From: Antedon mediterranea
Lineage: Eukaryota > Animalia > Echinodermata
Length of the DNA stretch: 64,000 nt
Reading direction: 5' to 3'
Assembly: GCF_964355755.1 (NCBI RefSeq)
Contig: NC_092678.1
Location: 7,022,422 to 7,086,421, forward strand
This document shows positions 37,850-50,639 of the stretch, piece after piece. The notes below the pieces were generated by a model. That model was given only the letters and a program-made list of their open reading frames with translations, was not told the DNA's origin and ran no database searches. Made by a program: the position numbers and the translations under genes. The number at the start of each line of letters is the position of its first letter. Position 1 is the stretch's first letter.

Positions 37850-40800
37850 GTAAACTGTGTGCCTCAAAATTGAGTACACTACAGTATATTGAGTAATAAT
37901 TGAGTATTAAACGATGTATAATAACATTAGTTAGTTTAAGTTGTTTTATATAGTTGTTACAAATGTTTTAAATTCCTTGGAAGAACGTTTTTAATTATTA
38001 TTACTATCCTACTAGAAAACGAAATAAATAAAAATACAATATGTATTCAAATTAGTTTTACAATAAAAGAAAAGCTGGTAAGTAATTGTATTGTCTTTTT
38101 CATTCATGTTTTTATATTGTTTATAAATTGTAAACTGCAAAAGAAACAATTAATTTAATTTCCATACTGAAATATTGTGTTTTTCCTATGTATTTTCTGA
38201 GTAAATAAATAAAATATTTCCCAAAATCCAATCAGATGATGTCATTGTTTAAACAATGATAAAATGATTTTATTGTTAATTATTTGATCCAACTTGCAAA
38301 AATAATATTTTTATCAACAATTAATATATAACAATCGGACATACAGAGTGAATAATAATATTTTCAAAGCACCAATAAAATGACGTCATTATCAGCAAGA
38401 ACATAAACTTGTTACGATACAACAAATTTATTATTAAATTAATATAATCATGTTCTAATGAGACTTTTTTTGTCTTTTTTTTCTGATAGAAAGATGTAAA
38501 TATTATTATTATATTTATCGTTGTCGTTTTCTACCAATTTTATATAAATAAAATGCACAGGTTTCAAAATTTATGGTAAGACATGGTGTTATATAACTAA
38601 ATAATGAATATTTTTTATTTGAAATGGACAGTAATAAACCCATCCTAAAATAGGAAGAAATTAGAAAAGAGTTAAGTTCAAAATGAAAAAGTGACCAATG
38701 GGGAGATCATTTTTATGCTAGAGAGAGAAATCAATTATCAAAGGATATTTTCCTTGTTAACTCTACGGTTCCATCTAATAAAACAAGAAATATTTCTTAC
38801 AAAAAACGCTGCTCGCTTATTGAAAAATATTTTTTATTTCAAATGTTTTTGAATGTGTCATTTTATTGTCACATAATAGTTATTTTACCTGAAAAAAAAT
38901 GTAATTTAAAGCAACAAATACTTAAATTGTCTGTCAGACAATGGTTTTTGGGTTTCTTTTCTTTTTTTATATGTGAATAAATATTATTTTTTTGTTACAG
39001 AAGTGAATACTCAATTTCTGTCACTTTAGTTAATTTTATTGCTAAGGTCAAATCTGGGGGTCACTTCATCACCCTAGATATTTCAATTGTGAAGTATCCT
39101 ATTACAAACACAAACTTTAATGGCCTGTTTCGATAATAATTCAATGAATATCTGACAGTGAATATACCAGAAATGCTTAGGGATTTGTAATTTTAGCATG
39201 ACATGTCCTAATAGACTCTTTCCCAGACGTTTTATGGGTCTACTGTAGCAGCTGGAATCAATCAATTATAGTGGAGTTTCCATTTTCACAAAACTGTCTG
39301 TCCTTAGAACTATAACTGCTGCTTGCTATAGCTTCTGATTGAGTAGTCCTAATGGGACGTAGCGGGCTAGAGCAGCAGCGTGAAAACAATCAATCTTTCA
39401 AGCTATGAAATTTTTTTTACTTTAAACATTCAACATAACACATACAGTAATCACCTTGTAGTTTAAAATTACACAGGGTAGATTGATTCTATTTGTATGT
39501 AAATACGTCCAGTGAAATTGTTTTAAAATTAATTTAATCTTGTTTGTAATTTACAAACTTATGATGGTTACCTATAGCAGGGAGTTGCAACAACTCCCTG
39601 CCTATAGGCAAAAATAAATCGATCAATCATCATTGTTTAATATTTGTTAGTGTACATGGTGGTCTGGTGGTAGAATAAGTTCTACTTAACCGTTAGGTCC
39701 AGTATCCACAAAATGCTTGAGTCTTCAGAATCTTTCAAGCATGGGTTATAGTTAAAAAACAGCCACTATTGTTGACAAAAGAGCATCTGAATTGAATGGA
39801 CAAAGGCAGTTTGTGTAGGTAATTTTGACCATTTATATAAAACAATCCGAGCGTCGAGTAATAATACTTCTTAATTTACCTCAGCCAAGGAGGTATATGT
39901 AGTCGATCGCGTGTGTTTTTAGATAGATTAAATTCCATGTAAAAATAGAATTTCATAGTTCACCGAATGAAATTGATTGCACAAATATAAAAACATTAAT
40001 TATTTGTTTTATACTACACATCTAGTAGATTTGTGTAATTTCCATTGTTCTGATCTTGTGTTGTGAAGAGAGATTGCATCGTGCTACTGCTATTGGATTT
40101 CACACAGATTTGTTTTTGTAAAAAGATTTTTATTTTGTAGATAAAAATATGAAAAAAAGTACTATCTATATGATTGTTAAATAGTATGCACTATTGCACA
40201 TCACGTGACCCACAATTGTCAAATAACAGAATTACAGGAATTTATTTAGGTGTTAAAGCTCAGGTACAGGCATGAATTTTAAATATAATATCTGGTTAAT
40301 TGTACATAATTCAAATATTTGTAACAGAAATCAAGACGAAAAAACATAAATTTCCCTTAAAATGTTCAAATACAAAATTTGCCAAAATTCTGCCATAAAA
40401 ACCAGGAAGACTTTTTTTCAGTACCGGTAGTTAGGTAGAAGGTGAAAAAAGATAGTGGATATATGGTGGATAATTTTTGCTATAACATGAAAATCAAAAT
40501 CTGAACTTGAATAAAAATACCAGAAATGTAAAATTCAAGTTATATTACCTATATTTTGTTATCTGATAACATTTTTTACCATACCGTTTATTTTTCATAG
40601 ATTTTTAAAATGCCTCTCTATTTACAAAATTTGTGTACAAAAGAATAGAGATTTTACTGTGTAATTTGAACACTGATAAGAAAGTGCTTATTTTCAACAA
40701 GCTCATGTAACACAAATAAAATCCCAAAAATTATGAAACATAGGGGAAACTACATAGATCGATAATTATTGGAATGTATGATCAATAGACATTTTTTTGC

Positions 40801-41235
40801 CCGCACCTGGCCTTTAATAATATTTAATATGCTAGTAATTCAATTGTATTTCTATAAATGTGAACATCCATCTTCTGATGATGTCTTTCTGAAGGTCATA
40901 ATACAGTATCATATTAATATTGTGCTATTTGAAGAGACATATTTGTATTGCTATAAATAGCAGAAAAAACATAACATAGTATTTGTATTTCTGTTTTTAA
41001 AGGATCTTAAACTAGAACCATTCAAACAAACAACATGTTGAATAAACAATGTCAGATCAATTTTTAACAAATATAGTTCTCATGAAATTAAAAAGAGGAT
41101 CTTACTGTCAAATTGTGCATAATAAAAACATAGAGGAATAATTTATATCCTCTAAAAATAAATAACTGCAGAGAGATCTAAATGTCTGAACTGCAAGCCC
41201 ATAGTCAGGACTATTATTACAAAGAGGAGGGAGAG

Positions 41236-41310
41236 GGGTACGTTTTGCCATAAAAGCTGGGTACGTTTTGCCATAAAAGCTGGGTACGTTTTGCCATAAA
41301 AGCTGGGTAC
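41236..41310. repeat. 23-bp tandem repeat, 3 perfect copies
   Basis: gggtacgttttgccataaaagct repeated three times. Confidence 0.9.
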
Positions 41311-44278
41311 CTTTCCCCCCCCATAAAAAAGGCACCTTTTTAACCACAAAGGGCACCTTTTCTTCTCACCATATTGCACATTTTTTCCGCAACAGGGCAC
41401 TATTTTCTCCACTAACGAAATATTCATAACTTTTATGCTTGTCTATTATTTGTAGTGTCACATGAACACATGATTTCAGACATTTTCTAAAGTAGCACAA
41501 GATAGATGCAAACTGATGAATGAGTGGATTTGTTTTTCGAAAGTTTACTGAGGGACGGTATTCCTTTTAGCCTGCTCAAACGCAGACAGTCATGGCATGG
41601 TTTCAACATTTCGTGCACATATAAAGGCCTTACTTTATCATGTGAAAAAGACCCTGGCAGTGACATCCCAACAACATGTACAATTTTCCACTGCTGGTTG
41701 CACCACAACAAATATCTTATAAATTACAATGTCTTCTGTACGCTACTGTATAGTCACTTATCCTGGTTGGTACTCAAAATTAGAAATTTTATTTTTTTTT
41801 ATTTCCTTTTCTGTCACATTTAAACAATATTTAAAAAAACAACATGCAATTTGATAAGCATGGTTACTTTCTTTATTTTATCGTTAGTGTGGTTTGGCTG
41901 ATTTCATTACACTCATGTTAATTCTTGCGTGAATATTACGCACATTTCAAACAGAACAAAAACTTGCCATCACACCTGTCAACACGCTTTGATGATATAA
42001 ATATCTTTATCTCTATCTTTTAAAGAAATATAATATTTTACATAAAAATATAGTTTGCAGTGTTCTCCAAACTTAGAAACAATTCTGGACAATTAAGCGA
42101 ATTACTGAATCAAATTTATCGATATAAAATCAAATCAAATGAGTGACAATAAAATACTTTATCAAACCAAATTATTAACAATAACTTCTGATATTTTTTA
42201 ATTAGTTTTCTCAATTTGGGTTGAGGGCAGCAAACAATCTACACAATTTTGTGAGGTATTGATGAGAATGAAGAAGAAGAAGAAAAAAAGGGTGGGGGGG
42301 GGGGGGGCCGAGTAAGCCTAATCATAAGTGTACCTGATGCACTATCAGAATAAAACCATCAAGAAAAAATGTTGTACCTTTTTGGGAGACGGGAAATAAC
42401 TACAAAATATCTTCAAAATAAATTGACTACTAAACTATTAATATTAACAGTAGATTTTATGCTTTGATTACTCTAAAACGTGCATTTTAGTTTGGCAGAA
42501 TGGAACTGTTAAACTAGGGAATGGATAATGTCCCCTATAGTGACAATGACATATTCTAGAGCAGCGATTTGATACAGGATTAGTTTAGGAGACATGCTGG
42601 ATTACCTTTAGGCACCTCTAAACCTTTATGACAATCCATCAAATCAACAGTGTAAATGCCAAGCTTAATTTAAAATTACCACAATAATCATTTTAGGTTT
42701 TCAAAGAATATTCAGTTGAAAAATATAGCAAAGAAATTTATAATTATTAACTAGAATGCCAACTCAAAGTCATCATTATTTGCACTCAATGTGTTAGAAA
42801 GGTGAAGCGAATTCTTTTCTGCAAGAGAAAGGATAAATATGCATCGGGACTTTTATCGTATTAATGTAGCATAGACTTTTATAATTAATGGAATTACCTC
42901 AATCTCAATGAGTCGCGCCAGGCTTGAGGCTGTAGTGTGACCGTAGCCTCTGTCAGAATGGAGACAGTACCTTACAGTATGACCTTGTATTTTCCATACA
43001 GTATTTTCCATACAAAATTGATACAGCTTATTCTTGTACTACATGTTCTTGAAATTACTACATTCAATGGTTCCAGATAATGAATGTTATTGAGTGCAAT
43101 GGTATTGGTACAAATAATTTCATAGTAAAAATCTTTCATCTTTCACCAAATGAAATTATTTGTACCATTGCATGAAAATAAAACACATACATACATGTTT
43201 TTTTTTTCGTTGTATCAAACATCATACAGTAGATGACTCTCAGTCTCAGTCTCATTTACAAAAGATTTGCTACTGTATTTGTCAAGGTTAGAAAATATAA
43301 GATTAATTTTAAGTTTGTGATTCCCAACGCCTCCACAATTCTTAATTCCCTGAATAAACACCCCAATAATTGTAATAAAGAGAATATTAATGGACACATT
43401 ATCAGCCTTCAAACCTTATTTTGTAATACAATTACATTATAGACTAATCTGAGATTTATAAAACTACACAATAGCCACCGTTTGACATTTCTAAACTGTT
43501 TCAAAATTAATTTGTCATGGTCATAGAGGGTTTTCTAATGATTGTATTTTGTACTCCAGGAGCAGACAAACAGACGTCTACATAATTGTATTGAGTAGAA
43601 TCACAATAAATTAACTTAGGAAAGAGAAAAAGAGGAAGACAGAAAAGAAGGTGGAGAGATGATCTAACAACATACATTGGAACGGCTGCATGGACTAGGA
43701 CAGCAAGAATTAGACAGAAATGGAAATGTTATAAGGAGGGCTTCATTCAATATATGGATAAACTATGCCTAGATAGATAGATAGATAATAAATTGTTTTC
43801 AAAGATTTTGAAAGGATAGAAAACAAAAGAGAATTCCTATTATTTTATCAATAGACTACAGAACCTATGACTCAAAATGCTAAATTTCCTAGCCTACTGT
43901 ATAATTCAGAATTTGAATTTATCATTGTTCAGGGTACGTACTATTATAATGCATTATACAAATTTTAATATTGAGAATATGTAAATATCTTTGTAATTCA
44001 GCTAAGGCTGCGATGACGATATCAAAATTTAAAAAATGATTAAAAAAATCAGTTGATTTATTGACATAAAGTTGCTATAAGCAAGGTTTATGAATTATTA
44101 TCAAAACAAATAGCTATAAATCAACCGAAGCTGATTTTATTTGGTTAGATTTTGAACCTTCAGCTCAAATTATTATTTGACAAAATATGGGAAACTATGA
44201 CAATTATAGGTGGCAGCATTTCAGAATTTGAAATGAAAAAGAAATGGATAGATAAACTATCGTGTTTGTCTCATTTAA

Positions 44279-44534
44279 AGTTGTATTGTCCACCAAAAAA
44301 CACGAAAAAAGATTAATCAAATCAGAATTTGAATATGTTATATTATAAATAATATAAAATGTTTTCACTTTCAATCAAAAATGCATTGGCTGGCAGCCAA
44401 TTTGACCATTTTTGCTTTAATAAATTAAATTTTTTCCAGGTACCGTAAATTGATTTTTTTCCTATCTATTTAATAATAGAATATTTAACAAACATTTTTT
44501 TAAGAATTATTTTTTTCAGGGGAACAAAACATCT
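44279..44534. mobile_element. Non-autonomous DNA transposon with TTAA TSD (Kolobok-like)
   Basis: TTAA|AGTTGTATTGTCC...GGAACAAAACATCT|TTAA. Homologous to 55739-56082. Confidence 0.7.
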
Positions 44535-44774
44535 TTAAGGTTATTTGGGGAATGGATAGAAATATTCATGAGTTGCAGGTAGACATTCCTCTCCTTTCTG
44601 ATTACTGTAGTTGCTAGAATGTGTGGCATTTTGTGATTCAAATCTGAAATAAATTTGTTAAACAAATCACAATTTTGAATGTAGAATTATTAAGAATACA
44701 ATCAGGTCCGTTATTCATTCATTCAACCTTTTATTTCTGTTGTTCGTTTGTACATTTTTTATTTAATTCAGTTT

Positions 44775-45046
44775 AACCGTGACCAGCTTTCATTTAATTA
44801 CAGGTGCCGACTTCGGCCCTCTAATGATCCCACCTGATTTTTCGTTCCACGATCTAATCGGAAAGCTGGTCACAATTCTTTTTCTGTTATCGATCCACGG
44901 ATCTGGAACGCGCTACCTGTCGATTTGAGAGTAGCGAATTCGGCACCGTCAACTTAAAACTTTTCTTTTAAATTAATTACTACGTACTGTTAGTAGGCGC
45001 TCTGTTCTTTGTAGGGCGCCATATAAAAACTTGTATAGAATAGAAT
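44775..45046 (+). mobile_element. L2-like LINE 3' end remnant
   Basis: cgacttcggccctctaatgat..gttccacgatct..tggaacgcgctacct..ttaaaacttttcttttt..gggcgccatataaa followed by a (TAGAA)n tail. Confidence 0.55.
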
Positions 45047-47769
45047 CTCGGCGGGTCCATAGAAAGAAAAATGACATAAATTAATTAAAAATAAACAAGA
45101 CTGTACTAATTACTATACTCATCTTCCATACAGTAGAATTCTACGAAATAAGGACGTCTAAAAAATATCAATACTTTAGAGTAACCATACTTACTATTAA
45201 AATTGAAATTTCTTTGTGAAAAATGTTTAGATACAAAGTCACCCCCATGGCAATTCAAGGCAATATTAATTATAAAGTGACAAGTATATCACATTGTGTC
45301 ATGCTCAGTACCTGGATACATTAGACTAAGTTTCAGGCATTTTTTTTACATTTACAGTAAACAAATTGTAGAGTAGTTCAATTTGCAAACTTTAAAATCC
45401 CTTTAGGATACATTTATAATAATGGCATTGTATTCGATGACGACAATGCTACATTGTAATGATATAATGTTGATTATAGTATTGTCATACTAATACTCTT
45501 TTCACACTATCAGTAATTATCCTGGATATCAAATATTTCATTGTCATTATAATATTCATTTCAACTTTGTGTCACTTCACCTGAATAAATTTCTGCTATT
45601 TTGATTGGACGAATTGTGGGTCACATGGCATGCAAATGTAGGCTATGTCTAACGATCTTGTAATTAGTTTACTTTTTTGTCATCTTTTCGTGTAGAAAAA
45701 AAAATTCTAGCACACAAAGAAAAATCTGTGTGAAATCCAATAGCAGCATTGTTAGATATTCTAACAAAAATAGCAATACAATCTCTCCTTCACAACAAGA
45801 TGAGGACAATGCCATCCACCAATGGCAAGAACCTACTTTATAGAATGTTATAAAACAAATAATGAATGTTTTTATATTCATGCCATTGTAAAAATTTCTT
45901 TCACCACATGAAATTATTCGTACCATCGCACTCATATCATAAGCATTCATTAATTATATACTAACAGTATATATATATATGTCCTTCTCAAAGTTGAAAA
46001 TATCCTGTTCACACACAAAACACAATATGTACCAAACACACAATTTTGACATGGTAGCAAAGTGATGCTGTATGTTGCTATGAATGTGGCCAGTGGGCAA
46101 ATATAGATTTCCTTGGAATAGAAAATAAAATGGTAATGTAGAAAAAATTGTAGATTAAGATATATCTGAAGAAAGATAAAATGCAACAGTTGTGTCACCG
46201 TGAGCCATTATTCTTTCAACATAATTGACAGCCTTGAGAAAAAACAGTTTGATTTTCATTATTTTTTCTTTACAAATAGTGGAAAAGGTAGGTTAAATAT
46301 GTATTTCACGAAGAGCAAAATACAGAAGAGTGTTAGTGATAATAAACAATAATTAAATTAATGTAGCACTTTTCATCATGAAGAAAAGGAGAAACAGTAG
46401 TTTGCTAATCATTTTAACCAAAGACTTTTTAAAAAAAGCTAGAGAGTAAACAAAAAAAAGAGCAAAGTGATAACTATAGAGCTGGGGTATTCAAAATGAC
46501 CATGCCTGCAATATCTGTTTAAAAATATACTGTTCAAATAATCATAATAGAATATCTCCAACTGTAATACTATTCCCACTGTCTGCTGCAATGGTTCATT
46601 TGTTTAGTGTCAACTGTAATAATGTCAAAACTAAAATAAAAAAGAGATCTTTTTACCTCATAAACTACGGAAGACTATAATTAGTGGAGGCAATCTTGAT
46701 CTGGATCCTAATTCTGGACCACTTTTAATATCAAACAAATTTTAGACGCGAAATCTTTACTAAATTAAAAAATACGACTAAAGGTACAGTATACTGTAGC
46801 TACATAGACCCCATTGGGTTTTGGAGGCAATCCAGACCTGGATCCCAATTCTGGACCACTTTTTACCATTCATACTAATTTTAATTAACTAATTTCGGAC
46901 TTTTAAATACTAAATATAAGCCATCATAAAAGTAAGACCTAATCCTGATTATGGACCACATTGGCTGTGCTCACCATCTGAAAAATACATCTGTATCATT
47001 CATTTAGACAACTCCCTGTTTGATAATTTTAAGCAATTGAAATTTAAAACACTGTATAAAGATATTTTTTAATTCAGGTCAGCCCTTGGCAGCAAAATGA
47101 ATCTCTGATTTCTCTTTAATTTTTCTAATGATTTCTTCTTTTTATTAAAAATGTTTTTTTGAATAACTCAATTCAACTTCAATCTACATTAGACTGTGCT
47201 TACGATTGTATAAAATACTAATATAAATCAAGCTTTACGTCAAACCGCATTGTTGTACGTTGGTTATGTTGTCTTACGTAAATGGACATACCGTGTCCTG
47301 GGAACAATTCCAATATTACATAAAACTAATTGTCGGTATGCAAGAAAGACTTGTTTGGAAAATGACCTTGAACAGTAGTATAACGATATAGTAATAGAAA
47401 ATTATCTTAATCATGAATATTCATATATGCAAATTAGAAAAACTAAATGTAAAAGCATTGTTGAATAGGAATTAATAATACTAAAATACTTAATTAGAAA
47501 TAACAAATTAATTGGTAAAAACCCAGCAACATTCAAAAATTCTATCAAATCATATTAATTTATCCATACAGTTAATTCATTTGAATATATTAACTTAATT
47601 TCATAAAAATAATTATGTATTAATCGTGTAGTGGCATGCAAAATCTAGAAAAGTTTTGAAATATTTTGGACAGTTGGCACTGAAACATACAGAATATTAT
47701 TTTAATAATAACTGTATATAATTTAATTTAGTTTTATAATTTTAATGTTTCTTTATTGTAACTAACTCA

Positions 47770-48122
47770 AGTATGATTTAATAAACATAGTTTTTACTGT
47801 ATGGTTTTAATGAAATGTGTTAATAATTTCATGTGAAAATAGAATGTTAAAAGTTTTATAATGTTTTTATTTATTTTTTGAGATGATTTAATAAATTCAG
47901 ATGTTTACTGTTTTTAATGAAATATGTGTGTATAATAATTTCATGTGACAATAGAATATGTTGAAAAGTTTTATAATGTTTTTATTTGTTTTTCGAGATG
48001 ATTTAATAAATTCAGATGTTTACTGTTTTTAATGAAATATGTGTGTATAATAATTTCATGTGAAAATGGAATATTTATAATGTTAAAATATTTTATCATG
48101 TTTTAATTATTCAAGATGATTT
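47770..48122. repeat. ~114-bp AT-rich tandem repeat, about 3 copies
   Basis: taataatttcatgtga recurs at ~47821, ~47933 and ~48048. Confidence 0.8.
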
Positions 48123-48136
48123 TAAAGGTTCTGTTT

Positions 48137-48261
48137 ATGCACCTCTCCCGGAGGTCTCTATTGAGTCATACAATTGACAAGTTCTTTTGTTTTATATTTG
48201 TAATATATTTTTGAACTTGTCAATTGTTTGACCCACTGTACGATCACCGGGAGAGGTGCAT
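48137..48261. repeat. Inverted repeat (MITE-like hairpin); a third arm copy lies at ~48493-48549
   Basis: atgcacctctcccgg...caattgacaagttc pairs with gaacttgtcaattg...ccgggagaggtgcat. Confidence 0.75.
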
Positions 48262-48751
48262 CATGGATGCATCATTTATAAATAATTATTGATGCAAGGG
48301 TGCATCAGAAAACCTAGATGGTACAACACATGAATGAATGGTGTTAATGTTTGTCACTTTACCGCTCACTATATCATGGACATGGTCACAATGCATCAAA
48401 ATGGGTGCGTCATGGTCACCTAAAGACAAGTTCCTATTTGATGCAAGTGTGCATCATTCATAAGGTATGATGCACATCAGACAAATGACGAACCTCACCC
48501 GGTGGTCTATATTGGGTCATACAATTGACAAGTTCATTTGTTTTATATTATATTATATGTATACTTTTACTTATTTTATATAGGTATATATATATATCAT
48601 TGATTTACATTATACACAATAATATTTAAAAAACCGTTGCGAATTAAAGTTGGAATTTATTCTGACTTGTTAAGCCTCCACTGATTGTGAGGGCGTTTGT
48701 TGTATGAGAGAATGTATCTTGTGGGTGAAAATCTGTGCTAATACCATACAT

Positions 48752-48823
48752 GGCTCTGTGGTCTAGTGGTATGATACTCGCCCTGTAAGCGAGAGGTTGC
48801 AGGTTCGAATCCAGCCAGAGACA
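48752..48823 (+). tRNA. tRNA-like gene or pseudogene: tRNA-Pro-like body with a TGT (Thr) anticodon
   Basis: 72-nt cloverleaf GGCTCTG-TG-GTCTAGTGGTATGAT-A-CTCGC-CCTGTAA-GCGAG-AGGTT-GCAGG-TTCGAAT-CCAGC-CAGAGAC-A followed by T6. One mismatch each in the acceptor and T stems. Confidence 0.5.
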
Positions 48824-48931
48824 TTTTTTCATACAACTAAAAAATATGAAACTTTCGCCAATGAGCTATGCTCGACGCGATTATGAGATCATGTTCCGAA
48901 TATGAGCACTGTTTCTATAATTTACAGTATG

Positions 48932-48967
<36 letters not shown>

Positions 48968-49151
48968 AATCTGCACACAGTACTGTTTCAAAATGCAAAA
49001 CTGGCACAAAATATAGCCTGAGCGAGTTATGGGGGACAGGGTACACTGATTATGAACACAAAGAGTGCACAAACCCAACGAGCGTGCTTTGCAAAATGCT
49101 ATGGTATTCACAACATAATTATATTATGTCAACTTGTACCATTAAAATTTT

Positions 49152-49517
49152 ATTTACCTTCGCCAAGGAGGTATATGTAATCGATCGCGTGTGTTTGTTT
49201 GTTTGTCTGTTGGTTTGTTAGCATACTCAAAAAGTAATTACAATCTTTACCAAAATGAATTTCTTTTCAAATTCAATCAATGATTTTCGCGTTGCTGTTC
49301 TATTGTTAGTCAACTGAAGCTATTGTTAATAGGCTTGTTACAAACCATTACACCAATCTCGCATACACATGCTTGTAGTGAAATTAGCCTAAATCACAAA
49401 CAGCATTAAGACACACACAAATATATATATATATATTTTTTTTTTCCCAGAGAAATCTTATGTAGGAGAATTTTACAGTAGGCGGAGGTATGCACTCTCG
49501 AAGTGGCTTTCTAGTTT
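49152..49517 (+). mobile_element. Helentron-associated element (HINE family 3); 5' remnant also at ~39875-39918
   Basis: TTTACCTTCGCCAAGGAGGTA..(GTTT/GTCT)n..GGCGGAGGTA-TGCACTCTCGAAGTGGC-TTTCTAGTT, i.e. subterminal IR, microsatellite, 3' hairpin and CTAGTT end. Confidence 0.8.
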
Positions 49518-50639
49518 CATGTTTTTTTCTTTGTGATAATATTTCTATTTTCCGCAGGGTCTTACGACTACAGACAATTCCTTGTCTTTGTAAGATCCCT
49601 GTAACAATTTAAATACTTATATTGCTGAATAAATGTGAATTTCATGAATGATCGTAAAATCAAAATGGTACTGGGTATGATCAACTAGAGTTCCTGCACT
49701 CAACTGAACACCCATAGAAGCACTGATTAGGAAAGCTTATCTAGTTGGTAACTGGAATGGTCTCAAGATGATTTTTAAATGTTTATGTTTAATGCAATGT
49801 GTGCAATGTTTTGCGACAATAATATGTAATGTTATTACAGTACATGTAGCAATTAATAAACAGATCTTCTAGAACTTAACTTGAAAATAATAATCTATAG
49901 TAGGCTAAAATTTATAGTATAACATTATGAGAAATAAGAATGCTTTTTACAAAATCATTGATTATTATTATTGATTGATCGATTGGTGTTTGGGAATTTA
50001 TTTTATTTCAGTTAGATCAGCCAAGTTAATTTTTCCTAGGTAAACATCACAAGCACGATGACGCAGACTACTGTATGTATGTATGTAAACCATAGAGGGT
50101 GCTATTACAAATTCTACAAAAGATATTATAGATTAAACTAGGTGCTAAAGGCATAAAATACAGTACCAAGAACTTATTTCACCTTCAGTATATGACAATT
50201 CATTAAGCATCTTACGAACCGATGATACACAGTGGTATGTATCTTATCTCTTTCTAGAGCCTATAGTAAATTGTCGAGGTCTGTAATTTGGTAACAAAAG
50301 TATGAAGTTGTTGATAATATTTAATATAATACTAGGTGTGTGTTAAAATTATTTACCCCATTGTTTCATAAACATTCATTTATTAGCAACTTAATTTTAT
50401 AGTACTTGTGACTTAAAAAAGGATTTTTTTTAACAAATTATTATTTTTTTGGACAACTGAGTGATTTGAGATGATGTTTTTGTAGGCAAGTTCATTCTCT
50501 CGTCGTCCTACATTTTCACCACTCGTATGTCAATCAGTTATATTTTTAACTAGCAAACTCCCTCATCCATCAAAAATTTAATGTAACTGTGATAAAAACG
50601 TACTTACAAATATTCATCCTTCAGGGGTAAAAGGTGCAA

